Assembly (NCBI GenBank): GCA_019594235.1
Contig: JAFDTG010000002.1
Location: 1 to 37,138, forward strand
Source: Candidatus Saliniplasma halalkaliphilum
GTDB lineage: Archaea > Thermoplasmatota > Thermoplasmata > Halarchaeoplasmatales > Halarchaeoplasmataceae
Reading direction: 5' to 3'
Length of the DNA stretch: 37,138 bases
Shown: positions 10,333 to 19,714 of the stretch, in pieces
How the letters are laid out: every line of letters starts with the position of its first letter
How positions within the stretch are numbered: the stretch's first letter is position 1
Made by a program: the position numbers and the translations under genes
The notes under the pieces: generated by a model
What the model was told of the DNA's origin: nothing
The model's database searches: none
The model's input: the letters and a program-made list of their open reading frames with translations, nothing else

Positions 10333-10367
10333 GTACAACTATCAAACAGTAGTACAACTATCGAACA
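10333..10367. repeat. Intergenic direct repeat, 2 x 16 bp, period 19
   Basis: GTACAACTATCAAACA (10333-10348) and GTACAACTATCGAACA (10352-10367). Confidence 0.85.
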
Positions 10368-10433
10368 ATGAACTGGATAATATTTTAAACAGCACAAATT
10401 TTATTATGACATCCCTCCATGTTTAATAAGGGA

Positions 10434-11777
10434 ATGAAAATGTCTAACTCAGTTATAACAGTCGGTGCGGGACCTGCCGGGATGTTCGCAGCCTATGAAC
10501 TCTCTAAGAAAGACATCGATGTTCTTGTCATAGAGAAGGGTAAGGATGTCGATGATCGAACCGAATTCGAGATAATGTCCGGTGTAGGTGGTGCAGGTAC
10601 ATATTCAGATGGTACGGTGAATTTAAGACCGGACATCGGCGGTGATTTGAAAGAGTATACACATGATGAAGACAAAGCCTGGGAACTAGTAGAATATATC
10701 AGAAAGATACTGAAAAGACACGGTATGCCTGAGCCGAAAAGAGAGAACCTTGAAAAAGAGGAAGAACTCAAAAGACGGGCAGCTTCGTTGGGAGCTAGAT
10801 ACCTTCCTATAATCCAATCACACATAGGTTCGAATAAAGCTCCAGACGTGATCAAATCCTTCAAGAAAGAACTGGAAGATGATGGTGTAAAGTTCAAAGT
10901 TAATACTGAAGTAGAAGACCTTTTGATAGAGAACGATAGATGTATTGGGGTCAGATGTAAAAACGGTCAAGAATTCGAAGCAGATTTTACTATTTTAGCC
11001 CCGGGTCGTGTTGGAATAGATTGGGTCCAGAGATTGACCGAGGACTATAAATTGAAGGCAAGTTTCGCTCCTATCGATATCGGAGTCAGGGTGGAAGTCC
11101 CCAGTATCATAATGGATCCGGTGATAGATGTAAACCGAGATCCCAAGTTCCATCTTTACACTAAAAGTTATGACGATTTCGTAAGAACATTCTGTACAAA
11201 TCCTCAAGGTTTTGTAGTTAAAGAGGATTATGATGGTTTCATAGGCGTTAATGGCCATTCTAGAACTGATATCCAAACTGAAAATACAAATTTCGCTTTT
11301 TTGGTCAAATTAAAATTGACCGAACCACTAGAGGATACCACAAAATACGGACGGGCTATCGCACAATTAGCTACCACGATCGGAGGAGGTAAACCCATAG
11401 TTCAAAGGATAGGGGACCTCAGGGACGGTAGAAGATCTACTCATAGTCGATTGAGAAGAAATTCTATCCAAAGAACCTTAGATGACGTAACTCCCGGCGA
11501 CATCTCCATGGCACTCCCCCAGAGGGTTATGAACGATATCATAGAAGGGCTTGACATGCTTAATGAGATAATCCCTGGTGTCAATTCTAGTAATACCCTC
11601 CTTTACGCGCCCGAGATCAAGTTTTATGCAAAGAAGTTGAAGGTCGATGAGAATTTAGAAACATCTATATCTGGATTATTCGCCGCCGGGGATGGTGCCG
11701 GCTTGTCCCACGATATAGTTAACGCAGCATCGACTGGAGTCTTAGCAGGAAGGGGTATATCAAACAGATTGAAATGA
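10434..11777 (+). CDS. NAD(P)/FAD-dependent oxidoreductase (uncharacterised COG2509-like family)
   Basis: GAGPAG dinucleotide motif, GVGGAGTYSDG, RTFCTNP, YAPEIKFY, AGDGAG; start could be 10419, 10434 or 10440. Confidence 0.88.
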   Translation: MKMSNSVITVGAGPAGMFAAYELSKKDIDVLVIEKGKDVDDRTEFEIMSGVGGAGTYSDGTVNLRPDIGGDLKEYTHDEDKAWELVEYIRKILKRHGMPEPKRENLEKEEELKRRAASLGARYLPIIQSHIGSNKAPDVIKSFKKELEDDGVKFKVNTEVEDLLIENDRCIGVRCKNGQEFEADFTILAPGRVGIDWVQRLTEDYKLKASFAPIDIGVRVEVPSIIMDPVIDVNRDPKFHLYTKSYDDFVRTFCTNPQGFVVKEDYDGFIGVNGHSRTDIQTENTNFAFLVKLKLTEPLEDTTKYGRAIAQLATTIGGGKPIVQRIGDLRDGRRSTHSRLRRNSIQRTLDDVTPGDISMALPQRVMNDIIEGLDMLNEIIPGVNSSNTLLYAPEIKFYAKKLKVDENLETSISGLFAAGDGAGLSHDIVNAASTGVLAGRGISNRLK

Positions 11778-11781
11778 TAGA

Positions 11782-12627
11782 TCATGGCCCGGAGACCTTC
11801 ATACGTCTACCTGGAAGATCAGCCAAGTTCAAAGCATGTAGGCCGTTATTTTCATAGATCAAAAATTCTCCTTTGATCCCGACCATCTTTCCCCTGTGGA
11901 GTCCTGGGGTTGGTCTATATCTGGGAACTGCTCGCAAAGGTAGCGAGATGGGATAATCATTTAAAAAGATCAATTTACCCGTCGGGATCCTATTTTTCAC
12001 AGATCTATAACCTGTTCTGATACCTTCTTTGTCTATCTTTTTGGAAAGCGTCTTCAACTTTCTTTTTTTACTGCCCCTCTGGCTGATACCTAAAAATTCG
12101 CTTATACGATTTTCCTCCTGCCTTGCTTCTTTTCGATGCAGAAGAGTTGCCAATAAAGAATAGGCATCAGCCCCCTGTTCGATCAACCTTGTCTTTAACC
12201 TTGATTTCTTGGTCATCCCTATCTTTGGATGGTAACTGTGGAAAGCAAGATATACGGCGTGCTCTTCTTCACAAAAACCTCCTTCACATCGTTCACAATC
12301 TTTAGGTTCGAATATACATTCTAAATGGGGTATACTTTCAGGGGCACATCCTCTGCATTGAGAAAATGTGTTAACGGATCTTTGTTTAGGGCAGGGTGTG
12401 TATCCATCTTCGAAATTACCGATGCATATCTTTTCTTGGGAGACGTTAAAACCGATCTTACCCATGTCCAACTCGATAAGTTCACCATCGTCGAATACCC
12501 TAAGTTCAGGGGTGAATGAGTCCCATCTGTAAGAGACGACATGGACTTCTTTTTCGTTTATCAATTTCTCTCTATCTTTTAACAGGGTGTTAGCTTGTTT
12601 GAACACTGTTTCTAAAACACCGTCCAA
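11782..12627 (-). CDS. DUF2797-like Cys-rich protein
   Basis: Cys clusters, HAVYLA...KIGMT...RLIEQGA, GIKGEFL motifs; TTG start. Confidence 0.75.
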   Translation of the reverse strand: MDGVLETVFKQANTLLKDREKLINEKEVHVVSYRWDSFTPELRVFDDGELIELDMGKIGFNVSQEKICIGNFEDGYTPCPKQRSVNTFSQCRGCAPESIPHLECIFEPKDCERCEGGFCEEEHAVYLAFHSYHPKIGMTKKSRLKTRLIEQGADAYSLLATLLHRKEARQEENRISEFLGISQRGSKKRKLKTLSKKIDKEGIRTGYRSVKNRIPTGKLIFLNDYPISLPLRAVPRYRPTPGLHRGKMVGIKGEFLIYENNGLHALNLADLPGRRMKVSGP

Positions 12628-12701
12628 AAATATATGGTTTTTGCACTTTAACTGCGATAAGGAATGAATGATTTAAATAACATTTCCCATTTTAGAAATT
12701 G

Positions 12702-13976
12702 ATGACTTACAAAACAATCCAAGACACGGTTCACGGCAGTGTAAAGTTATCCGGTCCCTTTCTCGAGCTTTTAGAAACTCCAGAAGTTCAGAGACTGCAT
12801 AGTATAGCCCAGCTTGGCTTAACTAAACTTGTTTTTCCAGGAGCGAATCATACTAGGTTGGAGCATTCTATCGGTGCATACCATGTGGCAGAAAGGATGA
12901 GTGAGAGTTTAGGTCTTGATGAAGAAGAAAAAAACATAGTCAAGGCAGCAGCTTTACTTCACGATGTTGGACATGCTCCCTTCAGTCATACTCTGGAATC
13001 GATACTCAGCAGAACCACTGACAGCGACCATATGGATATAACTAAAAAAATAATCCAGGGAGAAGTTTTTACCGAAGAAAGGGACGTTCCGACGATACCA
13101 GAGGTTTTGGATGATAATGATATTCCAACGGATAAAGTTGCCGAGCTGATCAAAGGGAGGGATAACAATTCGAAGATAACTGATTTTAACGTGCATCTGG
13201 GTCAGAAATATTTTGGCCAAGAGAAATACCTTTACCAGATGATACACGGACCAATGGATGTCGATCAGCTAGATTACCTTCTTAGAGATTCCCATTACAC
13301 AGGTGCAGCACATGGTGTTATCGATTTAGAAAGAGTGCTCCAGACCACTGAAATACACAACGGCAATCTTGTGATAACGAAAGGTGGTGTCCCTGCGGTA
13401 GAGGGGATGCTGGTGGCAAGAGGTTTGATGTTTTCTTCTGTCTACTTACACAAAACTGCAAGGATCGCCGAGTTGATGTTAGCAAAGGCTATCGATGGAC
13501 TTGATAGTGAACATGAAAAAATATATCGAATGACAGATTGGGAATTGATGTGCTTTTTGAGGGGAAAGGGACGTTTCCATGCTGAGATCATAGATAGATT
13601 AAAGTACAGAAGGCTTTACAAACGCTGCTATTCCTTAGATGCCGATGCCCGGGGAAGTTCAGATGATATTGAAATACCCGGAAGTATACCAGAGGTAAGA
13701 GACCTTGAGAAAACTATTGCACATAAAGCCCGAGTAGATGAAAACGAAGTCCTGATCGACGTTCCCAACAGAGAGTTAAAACTATCGGAACCTAGACTCA
13801 CCAAGACAGACATAAAAATATTGGATAATGGTAGACTCTTTAACCTCTCTAAATACAGTCCTTTAGCTTATGCGTTACAAAAGAGACCCAGTCAGCCTTG
13901 GATATTGATGGTTTCTAGTCCCTCTGAGTTGAAAAGTAAGGTAAAGAGGGCTTCAGAAAAGGAGATCATCAGTTGA
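12702..13976 (+). CDS. HD-domain phosphohydrolase (SAMHD1/YwfO-like, COG1078)
   Basis: QRL..I.QLG...VFPGANHTRLEHSIG, ALLHDVGHAPFSH, DVDQLDYLLRDS, VYLHK; TATA TTTAAATA at 12672. Confidence 0.93.
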   Translation: MTYKTIQDTVHGSVKLSGPFLELLETPEVQRLHSIAQLGLTKLVFPGANHTRLEHSIGAYHVAERMSESLGLDEEEKNIVKAAALLHDVGHAPFSHTLESILSRTTDSDHMDITKKIIQGEVFTEERDVPTIPEVLDDNDIPTDKVAELIKGRDNNSKITDFNVHLGQKYFGQEKYLYQMIHGPMDVDQLDYLLRDSHYTGAAHGVIDLERVLQTTEIHNGNLVITKGGVPAVEGMLVARGLMFSSVYLHKTARIAELMLAKAIDGLDSEHEKIYRMTDWELMCFLRGKGRFHAEIIDRLKYRRLYKRCYSLDADARGSSDDIEIPGSIPEVRDLEKTIAHKARVDENEVLIDVPNRELKLSEPRLTKTDIKILDNGRLFNLSKYSPLAYALQKRPSQPWILMVSSPSELKSKVKRASEKEIIS

Positions 13977-14040
13977 ATCTTTAAATACTATATTTAAGTC
14001 ATGGAAATCATTAAATAGAGGGTTGTAATTAAACACATAG

Positions 14041-14640
14041 ATGGTTCTTATGGCCGAAGAAGATTTTGAAGAAGAGGATGATTTTGAAGAGGATGATTTT
14101 GAAGAGGATGATTTTGAAGAGGCGGAATGCCCGACATGTGGTGCAGTAGTATCATCCGATGCCGTGGAATGCCCAGAATGTGGTCAGCTATTTGATGAAG
14201 AGGATGAATTATGGGATGAAGAGGAAGAGGAATTTGAAGAGCCCTGGGAGGAGGAGATTGAAGAAGAACCCGGAAAAGGAAAACTTTACCTCGGTATCTT
14301 TTTAGCACTCTTCGGAGGTGTAGGTCTAACGTTCATGTCATGGTTCCATAATGTCATCGGAATATTCCACGATGCAGGAATAGGTGGTTACGAAGGGTAT
14401 GGTTATATCGATCAATCTGTGGGTGTTAGTGGTACGATCGTTACAATAATCGGTATCGTTCTCATATATCTTTACTTTAAAGACCTTAGAGAAGCAGGAG
14501 AACCCTCAGAACCTATCGATGAAGAAGAGGAAGAGGAGTTCTTCGAAGATGCTGAACCAATCGATGCTGAAGTAATGGATGAAGAAGAAGACTCTATATT
14601 CGATGAAGATGAGGACTTCGACGAGGATGAAGATTGGTAA
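14041..14640 (+). CDS. Highly acidic zinc-ribbon membrane protein
   Basis: CPTC..CPEC knuckles, two TM helices, D/E-rich termini. Confidence 0.8.
   Translation: MVLMAEEDFEEEDDFEEDDFEEDDFEEAECPTCGAVVSSDAVECPECGQLFDEEDELWDEEEEEFEEPWEEEIEEEPGKGKLYLGIFLALFGGVGLTFMSWFHNVIGIFHDAGIGGYEGYGYIDQSVGVSGTIVTIIGIVLIYLYFKDLREAGEPSEPIDEEEEEEFFEDAEPIDAEVMDEEEDSIFDEDEDFDEDEDW
14071..14122 (+). repeat. In-frame 15-bp tandem repeat (EEDDF)x3+
   Basis: GAAGAGGATGATTTT perfect at 14071, 14086 and 14101, plus a partial fourth copy. Confidence 0.9.
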
Positions 14641-14668
14641 AAACCCCTTTACTTTTTTAATTTCTTTA
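14641..14668 (+). terminator. Oligo-T terminator
   Basis: AAACCCCTTTACTTTTTTAATTTCTTT right after the stop. Confidence 0.5.
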
Positions 14669-14713
14669 AAAGATAAGCGAAATATTTTAAAAGATGTACT
14701 CTCTAGGTAATAT

Positions 14714-16300
14714 ATGGATGGGATTTGTCTGACGGAAGTAGAAAACGAAATACAGGAGGACAAAAAGGCTCTAACCGAAGAAGAGATAAGGGAGATAGGA
14801 GATGTAGACACAGATGATATGATCTTATCTGAAGAGGAGAGTGAAGAGGAAGAATCATCTCAAAATAGTTTCGTAGGAGTTACTTTTGGTGATGTGGGTA
14901 CTACGACACTTCAATGTAATGTATGTAACCCAGTAGATAAAGGTGAATATATCGAATTAGAACATCCTACGGCGGATAGAGTCCTAGGTCAGATCGAAAA
15001 AGTTGAAAGAAAAACAGATCTTTCAGTCGATAAAGCTATAGAATTGAGTAATGGTGAAAGTATAGAGATCGATGAAACTATTATTGCAACCATCAACATA
15101 ATCGGTTATAGGGATGAAAGAGGTCTGTTAAAACTACCCGGGAATCCTTTCAGAGCCGGAGAAAAGATCTATCTTGCAAAAGAGGACCTTATAAGAGATG
15201 TCATCGGTCTTAAAAAGGATGAAAATGGAGCATTTATCGGTAAACTTAGAGGCCATGATATAGAAGTTAATCTCGATATAAATTCTATCGCTCAGAAACA
15301 TCTTTCGGTTTTGGCTAAAACAGGTAGTGGGAAAAGTTACACAACCGGCGTCATAATCGAAGAATTCATGAAACACGATGTAACCAATATCATATTAGAT
15401 CCCCATGGCGAGTATTCATCTTTAGCAAAGGCGGGTAAAGTTGACCCCTCTAACGATTTCGGAGTCGAATCCAATGGATATGGAGATAAGTTGACTGAAT
15501 TCACCCCTATGCCTGAGATAAATAAAGGTGCCAAACCCCTTAAATTCACATTCAGTAATATGGAACCTACCAAGATACTTGAAATGTCTGAGTTAGATAA
15601 AAGGAAATCCAACATCAAAAAATTAGAGGGCGTGATCTCACGATTAGAGGTTTCTAAAGGTAATTACAGTATAGATGATATGATCCGTTTGTTCAAGCAG
15701 AATGAAGAAGACGATGTCAGCACTATAATCAGGGGGTTGAAGACTTTAAAAGAAAAAAAAGTGTTCGCAAAGATGGGTACCAGGATGGACGATATAGTTC
15801 AAGAGGGAAAAACATCGATCATCAATTTAAAGGGTACCCCTCCCGACCTTCAAAATTTTGTAGTAAATAAGTTGGCAACCGCTCTTTTTGAGTTGAGGAA
15901 ACGTAACAAGATACCTCCTTTGATGTTGTTCGCCGAGGAGGCACATAACTTCTGCCCTCAGAGGGGGAAAACAGAGAGTTCCGAAACCTTCCATACTATA
16001 GCAAGCGAGGGAAGAAAATTCGGTTTGGGTCTTGCGATCATCACACAGAGACCTGCCAAAGTAGATAAAAACGTACTCAGCCAATGTAATACGCAGGTTA
16101 TTTTGAAAGTTACCAATCCTAACGACCTAAAAGCTATCGAATCATCGATCGAAGGTGTTACGAGACAGATGAAAGAGGAGATTCAGAGATTACCGATAGG
16201 TGAAGCTATCGTCACAGGTGGAGGATTATCCGAACCCCTATTCGTAGCAGTCCGTCCGAGAGAAACCCAAGATGGTGGTCAGTCTATACGTGTAGTGTAG
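14714..16300 (+). CDS. HerA-like (DUF87) ATPase with HAS-barrel and acidic N-terminal extension
   Basis: Walker A AKTGSGKS, DPHGEY, Walker B FAEEAH, EGRKFG, ITQRP, SQCNT. Confidence 0.9.
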   Translation: MDGICLTEVENEIQEDKKALTEEEIREIGDVDTDDMILSEEESEEEESSQNSFVGVTFGDVGTTTLQCNVCNPVDKGEYIELEHPTADRVLGQIEKVERKTDLSVDKAIELSNGESIEIDETIIATINIIGYRDERGLLKLPGNPFRAGEKIYLAKEDLIRDVIGLKKDENGAFIGKLRGHDIEVNLDINSIAQKHLSVLAKTGSGKSYTTGVIIEEFMKHDVTNIILDPHGEYSSLAKAGKVDPSNDFGVESNGYGDKLTEFTPMPEINKGAKPLKFTFSNMEPTKILEMSELDKRKSNIKKLEGVISRLEVSKGNYSIDDMIRLFKQNEEDDVSTIIRGLKTLKEKKVFAKMGTRMDDIVQEGKTSIINLKGTPPDLQNFVVNKLATALFELRKRNKIPPLMLFAEEAHNFCPQRGKTESSETFHTIASEGRKFGLGLAIITQRPAKVDKNVLSQCNTQVILKVTNPNDLKAIESSIEGVTRQMKEEIQRLPIGEAIVTGGGLSEPLFVAVRPRETQDGGQSIRVV

Positions 16301-16308
16301 GGTGTTGA

Positions 16309-16596
16309 ATGATGGTCGATGAAGTTAGAGTGAGAGAATATCTGAAGAAGACTGAAACCGCGTTAGATAAAGTTGAGATCACAGTTCCCGACCGTTCACA
16401 TTATTCGAAAATTGCAGATGATTTTTTGAACATGGCTAGATCCTATTACGAGGATGCGGTCCATTTTTTTGAAAATGATGATTTAGATAATGCTTTCGCA
16501 TGCGTAAATTATGCCCACGGTTGGTTGGATGCAGGTGCTAGATTAGGATTGTTCGACACCGGCGGAGATAACGAACTGTTCACGCTGGCTGAATGA
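16309..16596 (+). CDS. DUF357 family protein
   Basis: MARSYYEDA.HF...AFACVNYAHGWLDAGARLG. Confidence 0.9.
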   Translation: MMVDEVRVREYLKKTETALDKVEITVPDRSHYSKIADDFLNMARSYYEDAVHFFENDDLDNAFACVNYAHGWLDAGARLGLFDTGGDNELFTLAE

Positions 16597-17451
16597 TCAT
16601 ATCAAGTGGGCACCTTTGTTATCTATTCGAGTGACATAAATATTCTCAGCTTCAGTTTGTTCTTGAAGTATTTCAACGATTTTATCAGTATCACCGAAAA
16701 AGAACACAGAATTACCTATCATAGCCATACTCCCTTTAGCCTGACCTCTTAGTGAATCGATGGCATCACCTACTCTTTCTTTTATAAACTTTGTATTCTC
16801 CGCGAATTCAAGTGAAAGGTCTAAGAACTTATCAAAACCGTTATCCGGTAGAAATTCGTCCATACAATCGTTGCCGAAGAGCTTTATCCACTCACTTAAA
16901 AGAGGATCGTTTAAAATATCTGGAGTCACTAGGGGCTGCCCGAGAACAGCTATAACGACTTCCCGGTCTATTTCCTTTTTTATGATATCACCGTCAGGGG
17001 GAAGTCCTTCCTTAACCCTTATCTCGAAACCTCCCATAGATTGGCCCACAACATCACCTAAACCAGTTCTACAGAACACTTCGGAATTATGGGCGTATTC
17101 GACAGCTTTTTCTGGATCTTCTCCGAGGTCGTTTAAAGCTGCCATACCTGCAGATAGGGCACAAGCACCACTCATCCCGAATCCTTGACTGAAAGGGATA
17201 TCGGTTTCGATGAATACTTCTCCACCCTGTGCTATATTGAATAGCGTCTTTTCAACCGTAGGAAAGGCAGTCCGTTCACCGTCAACTTCTATGACCCATC
17301 CCTTTTCACCAACACTTACTTCAGCTTTGGCCCCCAACTCGATCGAAAAACCCGCTCCTCTAGAACCGGTTTTATTGAAGTGTTCTTTTGTTGAGTCGGG
17401 GAGTGTAAAAAATCCTGTTATGTGGCCTGGGCAGAAGGCTTTACTGGTCAT
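16597..17451 (-). CDS. pok: Pantoate kinase (GHMP family, archaeal CoA pathway)
   Basis: PGHITGFF, GSRGAG, GFGMSGA, TGLGDV, SMAMIGNSVF; coupled to coaBC. Confidence 0.9.
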   Translation of the reverse strand: MTSKAFCPGHITGFFTLPDSTKEHFNKTGSRGAGFSIELGAKAEVSVGEKGWVIEVDGERTAFPTVEKTLFNIAQGGEVFIETDIPFSQGFGMSGACALSAGMAALNDLGEDPEKAVEYAHNSEVFCRTGLGDVVGQSMGGFEIRVKEGLPPDGDIIKKEIDREVVIAVLGQPLVTPDILNDPLLSEWIKLFGNDCMDEFLPDNGFDKFLDLSLEFAENTKFIKERVGDAIDSLRGQAKGSMAMIGNSVFFFGDTDKIVEILQEQTEAENIYVTRIDNKGAHLI

Positions 17452-17452
17452 C

Positions 17453-18631
17453 TTATTTCCTCTTCTCTATCTCGTCAAGTATTTTTTCTGCGAGTTCTCT
17501 TTTGCTCCCTTCGACCCACTCGTCTCCCTTTAAGATACATATTGTATTCTTTTCACTTTTCACGTCTTCTAAAGAATTGGCTACGACCATATCAGCTCTT
17601 CTATCCTCTATCATCTTCTCAGCCTTTTCCATGGCTTTTTCTCGTGAATCTTCCGCTTTGAAAGCTACCAAGAATTCTACTTCTTCACGTACTTCTTCAA
17701 TGAATTTGGGTAGAGGTTTTAATTCCAGTGAGATACCCTTTTCTGAAGATATTTTTGATTCTGAAACTTCATCAACACCGAAGTCCGAAAGAGCTGCTGG
17801 AACGATGACGGTTTCAGTTAAATCCTTGGAATACCCTATCAGGTCATCAAGTGTTTCGAACTTTCGATTCGGGATCCAATGAGGTATCTCAGCTTGAACG
17901 TTTCCATACCACAATTGAACGTTAGCTCCGCGTCTAAAAGCTCGTTTAGCCAGTTCGATACCGGTTTTACCGGTGGCTCTATTGGTGATGACCCTCATGG
18001 TGTCTATGGGTTCTACACTGCCCCCGGTTATAACGGTTATATTTTCATCTTTAAGATCGTCGTTCAGCAATCTGATGACGTTGTCAACAATCTCGTCTTT
18101 ATCGGCTACTTTAGCTGCCCCCTCTTCGATCTTTGGACCTACTATCGCGGTACCCAATTCCTCTTGTACTTTCTGTAAATTATCCATGACAACTGGATGC
18201 TCGTACATACTCTGATGCATAGCAGGGACTATCATCAGCGGTATCCCAGAACCTATGCTAGTGGTAGCGAAGGTTGTAACAGGGGTATCATCTATACCGT
18301 TGGCTATTTTGGAGATGGTGTTGGCGGTTGCTGGAGATATCAAAAACAGGTCGGCTTTATCTGGAACTTTTCCACATAGACTGACATGTTCTACCTGCCC
18401 GGTCAATTCAGTTATCGGTTCTGTACCCGATGAGAACTCGATTGAGTAAGGATGAACTATCTTCTCAGCCCATTCTGACATAACACAGTGTACTTCAGCT
18501 CCTTCCCTGACCAATTCACGGATGAGCTTTACACATTCAACTGCAGCTATGCTACCAGTTATACCTAGAACTATCTTTTTACCTTTAAGGTCGTCGCCTT
18601 TGGAACCTCTTAAATGTTTTGAAGGATGCAT
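17453..18631 (-). CDS. coaBC: Bifunctional phosphopantothenoylcysteine decarboxylase/synthetase
   Basis: GITGSIAA, PATANTISKIANGIDD, PAMH, EPID..R.ITN..TG..G, FKAE, VVAN; ATG 18631 after AGGTGT. Confidence 0.95.
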   Translation of the reverse strand: MHPSKHLRGSKGDDLKGKKIVLGITGSIAAVECVKLIRELVREGAEVHCVMSEWAEKIVHPYSIEFSSGTEPITELTGQVEHVSLCGKVPDKADLFLISPATANTISKIANGIDDTPVTTFATTSIGSGIPLMIVPAMHQSMYEHPVVMDNLQKVQEELGTAIVGPKIEEGAAKVADKDEIVDNVIRLLNDDLKDENITVITGGSVEPIDTMRVITNRATGKTGIELAKRAFRRGANVQLWYGNVQAEIPHWIPNRKFETLDDLIGYSKDLTETVIVPAALSDFGVDEVSESKISSEKGISLELKPLPKFIEEVREEVEFLVAFKAEDSREKAMEKAEKMIEDRRADMVVANSLEDVKSEKNTICILKGDEWVEGSKRELAEKILDEIEKRK

Positions 18632-18683
18632 ATTTACACCTATTATCGGGGCCACTTTTAATAATATTTATCGCAGCCCTGTA

Positions 18684-19214
18684 TCATTTAGTTAGGTACA
18701 GGGTTATAATAATCTTTTCTTCTCTTAGCCCCTCTTCAAACCAGGATGAACTTAAAACATTGTTACCAAAATTTTCTCTATGATCTGTGTTCTCTACTAA
18801 TCCCCCACTGTTTATCACTATATCTTCTGTAAAATCGGTAGAGACTTCCAGGTACCAATCGTATCTATTCTGTATATGGTCGTTGACCATCTTGGAGATG
18901 TCTTCAGCGTAGGTGAAATTTTCACGTTCGATGCCTAAACTCTCTAAATATATCTGTTCAATTAACAGTGCCCTCACGGTCATATCAGTTCTATTGACAA
19001 AACCTTGATCGTGGTTGTACCCGGTATTCGGTATCGTTGAAGAAAGGATAGCTCTTCTTGTATGTCTACAATAGTCTTGGGAGTAACTCCTTTCTTGAAT
19101 TGTATCTAATCGGTTACTGGAGTACACTGTCAATATAGATGCTGCTATCATCAAAAAAACGAAGAATAGTACGGCATCATATAAGCTGAAAACGCCTTTC
19201 TTATCGAAGATCAT
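18684..19214 (-). CDS. Pilin-like protein with putative class III signal peptide
   Basis: MIFDKKG|VFSLYDAVLFFVFLMIAASIL; ATGA overlap with upstream gene, RBS GGAGGTG. Confidence 0.65.
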   Translation of the reverse strand: MIFDKKGVFSLYDAVLFFVFLMIAASILTVYSSNRLDTIQERSYSQDYCRHTRRAILSSTIPNTGYNHDQGFVNRTDMTVRALLIEQIYLESLGIERENFTYAEDISKMVNDHIQNRYDWYLEVSTDFTEDIVINSGGLVENTDHRENFGNNVLSSSWFEEGLREEKIIITLYLTK

Positions 19215-19681
19215 CCCACCTCCCATATAGTTACTTTTAACGAGCAAAGGTGTGCTCTACCCAGTGCATCTTCAACTACGACGGAAGTGCTTCTAGAATA
19301 GACCTGTTCTTGTGATGGGATAGATGAAGTCTTGAACTCGAAAGATAGGTCGTTATCGTAAAGACTGTTATCGGTAATGGAGATTTTATACTCGAACCCT
19401 AAGGATTGCGGATGATAAGTTCTATTCAGTATGCTTTGGTTGAGGGTTTCTAGATTCTCAGAAACGTATACTCCAGGTGATTCTATTATTAAGTGATATC
19501 GTCGAAAACTCGACATAAAATCGTCGAGGTCTTGTTTCATATCATTTTCTTTCTGCTCTTGGATATACACCGATTGAACGTGAAATATACTCAACGTGAA
19601 GATCGAGATAGCTATTATGATGGTAAGCAGAGCTGGTATATCGACGAAGAACCCCGCTACGCCTCTGTTATCTCTGTGCAT
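19211..19681 (-). CDS. Pilin-like protein with putative class III signal peptide
   Basis: MHRDNRG|VAGFFVDIPALLTIIIAISIF; single N-terminal hydrophobic helix. Confidence 0.65.
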   Translation of the reverse strand: MHRDNRGVAGFFVDIPALLTIIIAISIFTLSIFHVQSVYIQEQKENDMKQDLDDFMSSFRRYHLIIESPGVYVSENLETLNQSILNRTYHPQSLGFEYKISITDNSLYDNDLSFEFKTSSIPSQEQVYSRSTSVVVEDALGRAHLCSLKVTIWEVG

Positions 19682-19714
19682 CAAGGAGGGGAAAAGAGGA
19701 ATGATATTTATATT

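Noticed and set aside
10333..10367. Mini-CRISPR
   Set aside because: 16-bp units with a 3-nt gap are far too short
14056..14122. Repeat array as CRISPR
   Set aside because: Contiguous in-frame repeats, no spacers, no cas genes
16760..18449. Numerous antisense/overlapping short ORFs (here and throughout the window)
   Set aside because: Ser/Phe-rich shadows of well-supported genes on the other strand
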